Shown one piece after another: positions 18,401-26,648 of a DNA stretch of 64,000 nucleotides. The translations under genes were made by a program, and so were the position numbers. Each line of letters opens with the position of its first letter. Within the stretch, counting starts at the first letter, position 1. The notes below the pieces were generated by a model. The model saw only the letters and a program-made list of their open reading frames with translations, searched no databases and was not told the origin of the DNA. Location: positions 124,001 through 188,000 of the IMG/VR virus record IMGVR_UViG_3300032245_001860; one strand, written 5' to 3'.

Positions 18401-19572
18401 TTTTTGTAGATGAAATTGATTCGAATAAATACATCAAAGGTTTTTATTATTTAGAGTCTTCAAAAGGTGTTAGAGATGCAGCATGGAATCTTGCTATTGG
18501 ACAGAGTGTTGGAAATCCATTAGTTAGATTGGAAAGAGAAACAGATGAACTTTTTGCAAATCATTCTTGCGTAGTAAAAAACTGCCCTGATTTAGATGCA
18601 AACTCTGGACGTGTAGAAATTGGTTTCCCAGTATCTAATATTGATTTCGCATCTGACGGTATTTCCCAGTTGCTTTGTTTTCTTATGGGTGGACAATTAG
18701 ATATTGATACCATTGAAACATGCTGGCTTGAAAAGCTAATTATTCCTGACTGGGTAATTGAAAAATATTTCAAAATGCCAAAATTTGGTATCACTGGGGC
18801 AAGAGAGTATACCAAGTCATATGACAAGCCTTTATTAGGCGGTATTTGCAAACCAAAAACTGGAATTAGCCCTGATATTCTTTTAGATATGGTCAAAGAA
18901 ATGGTTGATGGTGGAGTTAATTTTATCAAAGAAGATGAAATTATGGCCAATCCTGAATGCTGTTTGCTTGAAGAAAGAGTTTCTCTTATCTCAGATTACA
19001 TCAGAGATAAGAATGTGGTTTATTGTTTCTGTATTAATTCTGATCCAGCACATATTTTAGAGAGAGTCAAGTTTGTTCATCAAGAAGGTGGAAATGGCAT
19101 CCATATCAATTTCTGGTCTGGCATGGGTGTTTACAAGTCAGTAAGAGAATTGGACTTGCCATTGTTTATGCACTTTCAAAAAAGTGGTGACAAGATTCTT
19201 ACAAATAAAAAGCATGCGTTCCATATTGATTGGAGTGTAATTTGTTATCTTGCTGGACTTATGGGTGTTGACTTCATTCATACTGGAATGTGGGGTGGAT
19301 ATGCAAGTGATGATGAAAATGACCTGAGAAATACTATGAGTATTTTGAATGCAAGAAATGTAGTGCCAGCATTGTCATGTGGCATGCATCCTGGAATCGT
19401 AAACACCATTACTGAAAAGTTTGGCATCAACTATCTTGCAAATTGTGGGGGAGCATTACATGGACACCCAAAAGGAACTGTTGCAGGAGCCAAAGCAATG
19501 AGGCAAGCTATCGACAAAACTTACGGTGAAGAATATTTTCAAGCTATAAATAAATGGGGCCTTGTTCAATAA
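18397..19572 (+). CDS. RuBisCO-like protein (form IV RLP)
   Basis: LLGGICKPKTG, GGVNFIKEDE, DFIHTG, PALSCGMHPG, GGALHGHPKGTVAGAKAMRQA; several carboxylase residues substituted. Confidence 0.9.
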   Translation: MIFVDEIDSNKYIKGFYYLESSKGVRDAAWNLAIGQSVGNPLVRLERETDELFANHSCVVKNCPDLDANSGRVEIGFPVSNIDFASDGISQLLCFLMGGQLDIDTIETCWLEKLIIPDWVIEKYFKMPKFGITGAREYTKSYDKPLLGGICKPKTGISPDILLDMVKEMVDGGVNFIKEDEIMANPECCLLEERVSLISDYIRDKNVVYCFCINSDPAHILERVKFVHQEGGNGIHINFWSGMGVYKSVRELDLPLFMHFQKSGDKILTNKKHAFHIDWSVICYLAGLMGVDFIHTGMWGGYASDDENDLRNTMSILNARNVVPALSCGMHPGIVNTITEKFGINYLANCGGALHGHPKGTVAGAKAMRQAIDKTYGEEYFQAINKWGLVQ

Positions 19573-19575
19573 AGC

Positions 19576-20940
19576 ATGCTAAAGCTTGTTGTTTTTGATT
19601 TAGATGGAGTTTTAGTTGAAGCAAAAGAAATTCATTTTGATGCTTTAAATTCTGCATTGAAAAATGTTGATGAAAAATATGTCATATCTTGGGAAGAACA
19701 TCTCAGAACATATGATGGCTTGAAAACATATGACAAACTAAAACTCTTATCTGAATATAAGGGTTTACCACTTGATAAGAGCATTCAAGAAAAAATATTT
19801 AATGATAAACAAATTTTCACAACAAGAGCACTTAATGATCTTCAAAAAAATCAAAAACTAATCGATATTTTTACCAAGTTAAAAGAAGAAAATTTCAAAA
19901 TAGCTTGTTGTTCAAATTCTGTAAAAAATACAGTGGATTTAGTTCTTGATAAGCTTGGCATTGATAAGTTTTTTGACTTAAAATTATCAAATGCAAATGT
20001 AAAATTTGCTAAACCTCATCCAGAAATCTATTGGAAAGCAATGTCTTATTTTGGAGCATTACCTGAAGAAACATTGATTATTGAAGATTCTCCTACTGGG
20101 TTAACTTCAGCATATAAATCTGGAGCTAAAGTATTAAGAGTAAAAGATCCTAATGATTATGATTTTGATAAAATACTTTCATCTTGCAATTCTGTAAAAC
20201 AAAATATTGAAAAATGGGCTGATCAAAAAATGAATGTAATTATTCCAATGGCTGGTCATGGCAGTAGATTTTCTCAAGCTGGATATACATTTCCCAAACC
20301 CTTAATAGAAGTACATGGTAAACCTATGATTCAAGTTGTTATAGATAACTTGAAAGTAGATGCTCATTTTATTTTCATTGTTCAAAAAGAACATAGAGAA
20401 AAATATAATCTTGATTCTATGCTTTCTTTATTAGCTCCAGGTTGCGATATTGTAGATGTAGATAAAGTAACAGAAGGAGCTGCTTGCACTGTATTATTAG
20501 GTAAAGAATTTATCAATAATGACAATCCTCTGGTAATAGCTAATTCAGATCAATTTGTAGAATGGAGTAGTTTAGATTTCTTTTACAAAATGAACGAACA
20601 AAACTTAGATGGTGGTATTGTTTCTTTTAAATCAACACATCCCAAATGGTCTTATGCAAAGGTAGATAGTCAGGGGTTTATTTTAGAAGTAGCTGAAAAG
20701 AAAACTATTTCTGATATTGCTACAGTAGGAATTTATTACTGGAAAAAAGGATCTGATTTTGTCAAGTATGCAGAACAAATGATTGATAAAAATATCAGAG
20801 TAAATAATGAGTTTTATGTATGTCCTGTTTATAATGAAGCTATTTTAGATGGACTTAAGTTTAAAACATTTGATGTGCCAAAAATGTGGGGGCTTGGCAC
20901 ACCTGAAGATTTAGATTATTACTTGGAAATGAATAAATGA
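19576..20940 (+). CDS. HAD-family phosphatase fused to a nucleotidyltransferase
   Basis: N-terminus FDLDGVL, CSNS, KPHPEIY, IEDSPTG (beta-PGM/CbbY-type HAD). C-terminus MNVIIPMAGHGSRF..PKPLI, IANSDQ, WGLGTPEDL. Confidence 0.88.
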   Translation: MLKLVVFDLDGVLVEAKEIHFDALNSALKNVDEKYVISWEEHLRTYDGLKTYDKLKLLSEYKGLPLDKSIQEKIFNDKQIFTTRALNDLQKNQKLIDIFTKLKEENFKIACCSNSVKNTVDLVLDKLGIDKFFDLKLSNANVKFAKPHPEIYWKAMSYFGALPEETLIIEDSPTGLTSAYKSGAKVLRVKDPNDYDFDKILSSCNSVKQNIEKWADQKMNVIIPMAGHGSRFSQAGYTFPKPLIEVHGKPMIQVVIDNLKVDAHFIFIVQKEHREKYNLDSMLSLLAPGCDIVDVDKVTEGAACTVLLGKEFINNDNPLVIANSDQFVEWSSLDFFYKMNEQNLDGGIVSFKSTHPKWSYAKVDSQGFILEVAEKKTISDIATVGIYYWKKGSDFVKYAEQMIDKNIRVNNEFYVCPVYNEAILDGLKFKTFDVPKMWGLGTPEDLDYYLEMNK

Positions 20941-21809
20941 AAAGACTAACTGCTATTTACTGGGTCAAGAATGAAGCAAGATATATTCCTGAGTGGATAG
21001 AATTTCACTTGATGCAAGGATTTGAACATTTTATACTTTATGATAACAATTCTACTGATGGAAGTCAAGAAATACTACGACCATATATTGATGCTGAAAT
21101 TTTGGAATTAAGATCATATCCAGCAGAAATGAAACAGAGATGTCTAAATAGGCCTTTAGGGGCAAAAAACTATTGGGTGGCTGAAACATGTATGCTTGAA
21201 CAAAGAAAGAAGTCAGACTGGCTTCATTTTCATGCTGTAGATGAATTTACATACTGCCCAGATGGTACAGACTTGAAAGATTTTCTTACAGAGTTTGATA
21301 AGTATGGTGGGCTTTCAGTTTGTTGGCAATGTTATAACTCAAATGGACATATAAATAGACCTGAAGGACTTGTAATTGAAAACTACAATGTGAGAGTCCC
21401 AGATCCAATGTGTCATGTTAAAACATTCCTTAAGGTTGGTCGTGCTAAGCAAACTTGTGGATCTTTGCACAATTGGGAATATATTGGAAACTATCAATCA
21501 GTCAATGAAAATCATAAACCTGTAGTGGGATCATTTTGTCCAGATGATTTTTCCTTCAATAGAATAAGAAATCATCACTATGTAACTATGTCTCGTGAAG
21601 AATTTGATATCAAGACAAATAAAGGTATTTTAGATTCAGCTTGGGCAGAAAACAGAAGAAGGCATAATTATGATTATCAATTTGATGATTACAATAATAG
21701 AGAACATATCTTCGATGATATTCTAAAACCTTGGGTACCTAAAGTAAAAGAAGCTATTATGAAAAGGTATCACACTAATAAAGATTTTTTACCTTTAATA
21801 AATCATTAA
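20937..21809 (+). CDS. Glycosyltransferase (GT-A fold, GT92/GT2-like)
   Basis: VKNEARYIPEWIEFH...GFEHFILYDNNSTDG, VDEF, INHY-like NHHYVTMSREEF. Confidence 0.75.
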   Translation: MKRLTAIYWVKNEARYIPEWIEFHLMQGFEHFILYDNNSTDGSQEILRPYIDAEILELRSYPAEMKQRCLNRPLGAKNYWVAETCMLEQRKKSDWLHFHAVDEFTYCPDGTDLKDFLTEFDKYGGLSVCWQCYNSNGHINRPEGLVIENYNVRVPDPMCHVKTFLKVGRAKQTCGSLHNWEYIGNYQSVNENHKPVVGSFCPDDFSFNRIRNHHYVTMSREEFDIKTNKGILDSAWAENRRRHNYDYQFDDYNNREHIFDDILKPWVPKVKEAIMKRYHTNKDFLPLINH

Positions 21810-21810
21810 A

Positions 21811-21840
21811 TATAAACCCATCGAAATCGATGGGTTTATA
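21811..21840. terminator. Bidirectional terminator between convergent genes
   Basis: TATAAACCCATCG-AAAT-CGATGGGTTTATA; includes the kinase stop codon. Confidence 0.8.
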
Positions 21841-22816
21841 TTTTTGCGACAGAAGCTCCATCAAAATCAAATTTAAAATTGAAAGGCTTGTTATTGTAAA
21901 ACTTTTGTTTGATTTTATTCTGAGCATATGAATCAGCAAAAAGCATCATAAAGCCCCCACCACCAGCTCCTAATATTTTTCCTCCCTTAGCTCCACAAAG
22001 CTTAGCTTCTTCATACATTTCATTGATTTCTAAATTAGAAATATCATCTGACACTTCTTTTTTAAGTTGCCAAGAATAATCAAGCATTTCACCAAAGTGT
22101 GTTAGATCTTTTTTAATTAAGTTAATTTTAAATTGTTGAGCTAATTCAACCATGGTTTTTATATTCTGAAAACTTTTATCATTATCAATCATTCTTTTGC
22201 TTTGATTTTTAAGAATGTCGTCAGCAGATCTACCTTTACTTGTATGCAGCAATATGAGGTTATTTTCAAGATATTCTATAGTATCTTCATCTAAAGTTAT
22301 TGTATTAGTTGAGACACCTCTATCAGCAAATTCATGAACATTGAATCCACCATAAGAACAAGCGTATTGGTCTTGTTTTCCAATAGGCTTTTTACATAAA
22401 TTAATTTCTATGATACAGGCTAACTCTGCCAATGAACCTTTACTTAGTATCTCTTCTGAATATTTATAATTTTCTATTGCTTTGATTAATCCAACAGCGA
22501 AAGCACTTGAAGCACCCATTCCTGTTCCATTGGAGGGTAAGTCGGAAATAGAGGCTATTTCGATACCATTTGTAATATCAAAATACTTCAAGGTATGTTT
22601 TACGATGTCATGCTTTAAGTCATCTAAATTATTGACATTTTCTGTAATAGAATAGCTCAATCTAATGGAATCATCAAACTTTTTATTCAATGATATATAT
22701 AAATACTTATTTATAGAAGCAGAAACGACCATTCCAGGGCTTTGGTTGTAAAAAGAAGATAAATCAGAACCGCCCCCAAAAAAACTTATTCTAAATGGAG
22801 TTTTACTTACTATCAT
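21836..22816 (-). CDS. hddA: GHMP-family sugar kinase, D-glycero-alpha-D-manno-heptose-7-phosphate kinase-like (start MIVSK at 22816)
   Basis: TPFRISFFGGGSD, DLPSNGTGMGASSAF, IGKQDQY, KILGAGGGGF. Confidence 0.75.
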   Translation of the reverse strand: MIVSKTPFRISFFGGGSDLSSFYNQSPGMVVSASINKYLYISLNKKFDDSIRLSYSITENVNNLDDLKHDIVKHTLKYFDITNGIEIASISDLPSNGTGMGASSAFAVGLIKAIENYKYSEEILSKGSLAELACIIEINLCKKPIGKQDQYACSYGGFNVHEFADRGVSTNTITLDEDTIEYLENNLILLHTSKGRSADDILKNQSKRMIDNDKSFQNIKTMVELAQQFKINLIKKDLTHFGEMLDYSWQLKKEVSDDISNLEINEMYEEAKLCGAKGGKILGAGGGGFMMLFADSYAQNKIKQKFYNNKPFNFKFDFDGASVAKI

Positions 22817-22841
22817 ATGACTATTGTACAATTAGCATATG
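22814..22841. promoter_or_regulatory. Palindromic bidirectional leaderless promoter
   Basis: CAT-ATGACT-ATTGTACAAT-TAGCAT-ATG: the palindromic core gives a TACAAT -10 box on each strand, each 6 nt from an ATG. Confidence 0.65.
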
Positions 22842-23651
22842 AGAAACGCAATTATTACATACGCTCAAGGTAATGACTTTGTAGAAACATTAGATTCTGA
22901 AATTTTCTTAAAAAATCTTAACAAACATAAAACATTTAGGAAATATTGTTTTACAAAAGACCTCAATCAAAAGAACTTAGATATGTTGAGTAAATATTTT
23001 GATGAAGTTTTTGTTTGCTCAAATCCTATTTACAATAGTGCAAGAGATAGATTTATGTCTTATTACTTATGGATGATTGATAATTATAAAAATTTTGACA
23101 AAATTATGCATTTGGATTTTCGAGATATAGTTATTCAAAAAGATCCATTTGAGTTTATGAATAATCATTGGGACAAAGATATTTTTGTAGTGTCTGAAGG
23201 TATGAAAATTAAAGACAACTATTGGAATAAAATGGATATGACTTATTTCAATAACACTCAAATCCAATTTCATAAAGATGATTTTTCAGATTATTATGTT
23301 ATTAACGGTGGGACTATTGGCGGTAATATTTTTCCTCTTTCGCAATTATTTTTGATGCTTTGGGTCAACAGCAATAGAAACAGTCAATCAAATACTGACC
23401 AAGCTACATTAAATTACTTATATCCTTACCTCAAAGCTAACCCAAAAGTTATGGTATGCCATCCTCTTGAAGACAATTTTTGTGCTACTGGAGAGGGAAT
23501 TAAGTATGGTAATGTGCCAGTAAAATACAATGACACTCAAGTTGCAGATCAAAATTATGAAAACTATTATATTTTTCATCAGTGGGATAGAACAGAAGTT
23601 GCAGATAAAATTAGACAAAAACAAAAGGAATCTTTGTCTTTTGTGATTTAG
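22839..23651 (+). CDS. Putative glycosyltransferase (GT-A-like)
   Basis: RDRF..Y, IMHLDFRDIVIQKDPF (DxxD), INGGTIGG, DQATLNYL, HQWDR. Confidence 0.6.
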   Translation: MRNAIITYAQGNDFVETLDSEIFLKNLNKHKTFRKYCFTKDLNQKNLDMLSKYFDEVFVCSNPIYNSARDRFMSYYLWMIDNYKNFDKIMHLDFRDIVIQKDPFEFMNNHWDKDIFVVSEGMKIKDNYWNKMDMTYFNNTQIQFHKDDFSDYYVINGGTIGGNIFPLSQLFLMLWVNSNRNSQSNTDQATLNYLYPYLKANPKVMVCHPLEDNFCATGEGIKYGNVPVKYNDTQVADQNYENYYIFHQWDRTEVADKIRQKQKESLSFVI

Positions 23652-23686
23652 AAGGTTACATGACTTATAATGTCTAAATTCTAAGT

Positions 23687-24322
23687 ATGTGGTACAAAAA
23701 AGCATTTATTCAATCAGAATTTTGGAACGAAGAGAAAACTAACGACCCAAAATCTTTGAAGGATGCTTTTTTTGGCGTCATAACAGATTCTAAAACAAGA
23801 ACCAATGATCCATATAAGATTTTTGGCAATCTAAAAACTTACAAAAACAAAGTACTTAATGAATCTCCAGAAATGACACAAGAAATAGAACAATCTTTCA
23901 ATGATGCTGTAGATTCATTAAAATCAGAATTTCCAGACTTTAATGAAAGCTCTAATAATGCTTCTGGTAATTGGCTTGAAATAGCTGAAAGTTATCTTGG
24001 CACTCCATATAAATTTGGTGGAGATGATGAAAGAGGTATTGATTGCTCAGCTTTCATTCAAAAAGTATTTCCAGATTTACCAAGAACTGCGAACGAACAA
24101 ATGAAAGTTGGTTCTGATGTCCCTATTGATGATATTTCTCAATGGCAGCCGGGAGATAGAATTTATTTTGATATGAATGCAAGATTAAGATCTGGAGACG
24201 CAGACCATACTGGTATTTATTTGGGAAATAATGAATTTATTCAAGCTTCATCAAGCAAAGGTGTAGTAAAGACACCTATCAATAATTTCTATGAACAAAA
24301 AATCATTGCTGTAAAGAGATAA
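23687..24322 (+). CDS. NlpC/P60 cell-wall endopeptidase with an MWYKKA leader
   Basis: YLGTPYKFGG, GIDCSAF (Cys), LPRTANEQ, PGDRIYF, HTGIYLG (His), FIQASS. Confidence 0.88.
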   Translation: MWYKKAFIQSEFWNEEKTNDPKSLKDAFFGVITDSKTRTNDPYKIFGNLKTYKNKVLNESPEMTQEIEQSFNDAVDSLKSEFPDFNESSNNASGNWLEIAESYLGTPYKFGGDDERGIDCSAFIQKVFPDLPRTANEQMKVGSDVPIDDISQWQPGDRIYFDMNARLRSGDADHTGIYLGNNEFIQASSSKGVVKTPINNFYEQKIIAVKR

Positions 24323-24889
24323 TTACCCACCATTTTTTACTGCTAAAATTAATTGAATAGCTTCAAACTCTCTTATAGACAATTCTTCAAATTCTTTTTT
24401 AGATAGGCTTACTATCCCTTTAGTCATATAATCAACTTCAATTATCATGGGGTGAAGTGGGAAAACTTCAGAATTGTTTGGATCAAAATATTTTTTTGAA
24501 TTAGTGTATATTTCATTTACCTCAGAACTTGATAAATGTAAATATTTTTGATAAATAATCCAAAAATCTTCGACAAAAGAAAATGATAAATCTTCAAATT
24601 TAAAATCTATTTTGATATCTTGGTCATTGCAAATTTCAAGTAAAGATTTTTGGATTATTTCTCTTTTTTCTTTTTCGGAATTTAAGTAATAATTTTTATT
24701 TTGTTGCTTAAGAGAAATAGCATCTATCTCAAGCCCTTCTTTCCAGGACAATTCTTTAAAAACAATTTTATGATTTTGAATAATTTCTGAATGAACTTTT
24801 TCAAAATTTAATGTTTTATTGTCAGTATGTATTTGATTATTTTTTTCAATGTAACTGACAATTTTATTCAATGCATCTTCAATTTGCAT
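24323..24889 (-). CDS. Putative tail assembly chaperone
   Basis: 188 aa, follows a tube-like gene; ELSWKEGLEID...; C-terminal ELSIREFEAI resembles chaperone C-termini. Confidence 0.4.
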   Translation of the reverse strand: MQIEDALNKIVSYIEKNNQIHTDNKTLNFEKVHSEIIQNHKIVFKELSWKEGLEIDAISLKQQNKNYYLNSEKEKREIIQKSLLEICNDQDIKIDFKFEDLSFSFVEDFWIIYQKYLHLSSSEVNEIYTNSKKYFDPNNSEVFPLHPMIIEVDYMTKGIVSLSKKEFEELSIREFEAIQLILAVKNGG

Positions 24890-26259
24890 TATCCGTTTAT
24901 CCCAAAAATCCCACTTGTAATTTCATTAATTAAGTTTTGAATACTAACTGTTTGTGAGCTGCTAAATTCTGCTTTATTTTGATTAAGATTATTACTTGGT
25001 AAATAAGTTCCTGATGGTACTCTTGCTCTCCACTTGTAAGTATGAGTGTATCCACCGCCAGGAGTTATAGAGACAGTCGGATTAGACCAATCTACATTTT
25101 TCATTGCATAAAAGAAAGGACCGCCAAAATACACAGAAAGCTCAGAAGTATTAGGCTGTTGTAAAGTTTTATTAAAGCAGAAATAAGTTATAGAGCCAGT
25201 AACTTCTCTGCTTTGTAATGAAGCAAATTTTGGACCAATATCATCTCTTTTATAATCAGTGGTGTAAGGATTTGTAAACTCCAAATTAACATTTTGTGTT
25301 ATATTCATAGAAAAATCAATTATCTTATATGTTGGAGGTAGATTTTTATAGGTATCTACTTTTGCTTTCAAAGACAAGTAGTTATCATAAAATTTGAAAT
25401 CAATTACAAAATCTAACAAAGATGCTGAACGATATCTGTGATAATCATAATTGATACCTGCTAAGTCAGCAGCATTTTCAACAATAGGACTTCCTTGTAA
25501 ATCATTCATTTCATTGTAGATGATTGGCTCTATTCCAGGTTTTCTTTTTACTGCTCCTGTTGGATTAGCAGCACTGTATAGTGAAATTTCTGGTGATATA
25601 AGAATTTTTCCACCAATAAAATTACAACTCACTGAAACTGCACTTAATGATTCTCCGCCTTTAGCTGAAAAATTAATACTACTTAGAAAAATTGGACCAA
25701 AACTATAGTGTGCATTTACTGTGCTGCATACCATAAGAGGAAACATTGGTATTTTTGAAGCTAAATATACAAGCATTTCTGCAGCGTTTTGATCATTGAG
25801 ATAATTGATGTAACTTGGAGCAACACTAAGTAAAGTGTCGTAATTTGAAATTCCAATATTTATCAATGGGCTAAATTCAAATGATCCTGAATAAATTTGT
25901 GATGAATAACTTGGAGTATTTTCTAAAGTAAGCGGTAAAAAAGAAGATAACCTTTTATAAACTTCAGATCCAGAATCATCATTAAAACTTCTTGCAAAAA
26001 TCTGTTTCCATGGAGCGTCAGTGCTTACTGTTTTTCTATCAACTTTTGAGTGAATAAAACCTGGAATTTTGTCAGCTAAACTATACAAATCCCACACATA
26101 TGCTGGATTCAAACCTCCTCTTTTATTGCTCAAAGAAGAACCATATGACATTTGCATCAAATTAAATATAGTTTGATCTAAGTCATACAAAGATAAAAGA
26201 AATATATTATGTGTTTTTGAGGGACTATAAGGGAGAACTGTATTATTATAGTTTGGCAT
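24889..26259 (-). CDS. Tail-tube-like protein (tube paralogue/baseplate tube initiator)
   Basis: LSSINFSAKGGE..VSCNFIG; IIDFSMNITQN...SREVTGSITYF tube-type beta motifs. Confidence 0.5.
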   Translation of the reverse strand: MPNYNNTVLPYSPSKTHNIFLLSLYDLDQTIFNLMQMSYGSSLSNKRGGLNPAYVWDLYSLADKIPGFIHSKVDRKTVSTDAPWKQIFARSFNDDSGSEVYKRLSSFLPLTLENTPSYSSQIYSGSFEFSPLINIGISNYDTLLSVAPSYINYLNDQNAAEMLVYLASKIPMFPLMVCSTVNAHYSFGPIFLSSINFSAKGGESLSAVSVSCNFIGGKILISPEISLYSAANPTGAVKRKPGIEPIIYNEMNDLQGSPIVENAADLAGINYDYHRYRSASLLDFVIDFKFYDNYLSLKAKVDTYKNLPPTYKIIDFSMNITQNVNLEFTNPYTTDYKRDDIGPKFASLQSREVTGSITYFCFNKTLQQPNTSELSVYFGGPFFYAMKNVDWSNPTVSITPGGGYTHTYKWRARVPSGTYLPSNNLNQNKAEFSSSQTVSIQNLINEITSGIFGING

Positions 26260-26261
26260 TT

Positions 26262-26648
26262 TTATCTCCCATCAGTAATTTCAAGCCATCGTGAAGCTAA
26301 ATTTTTCACGATGTCGTATTGCATTTTATTTATTAAATCTAAATTTACTGGATACACTGCATTTTCGTTTTCAGATTTAATTCTTATTTCTCTGAAAAAA
26401 GATAATAAAATTGATTTACAAAATACTGAAGATCTCAATAAGGGTTTTCCGTTTACAGCATTTATGATACTTGCATCTTCTATTATCTTTGACATTGATT
26501 CAAAGTCTCTTCCTGCAGCAAGAGCAGTGAGATTAATATCGCCACTTTCTTTGATTTTAAAGCCAATATTGTTTCCAATACTGTCAAATATATAATGACC
26601 TTTAATTTCAACTAAAAATAGCTTGTTTTTATCTATAAAAATACTCAT
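26262..26648 (-). CDS. Putative tail assembly chaperone
   Basis: 128 aa directly after a tube-domain gene; PVNLDLINKMQYDIVKNLASRWLE resembles TAC C-termini. Confidence 0.45.
   Translation of the reverse strand: MSIFIDKNKLFLVEIKGHYIFDSIGNNIGFKIKESGDINLTALAAGRDFESMSKIIEDASIINAVNGKPLLRSSVFCKSILLSFFREIRIKSENENAVYPVNLDLINKMQYDIVKNLASRWLEITDGR

Noticed and set aside
18397-19572. True carbon-fixing RuBisCO (auxiliary photosynthesis gene)
   Set aside because: Equivalents of E60, N123, H294 and K334 are substituted, the motif is KEDE, and there is no small subunit or phosphoribulokinase; it fits form IV.
23653-23678. Late promoter upstream of NlpC/P60
   Set aside because: AGG is present but the downstream element reads TCTAA, not xAGAA; a TATAAT at 23666 is an equally plausible alternative, so no call.
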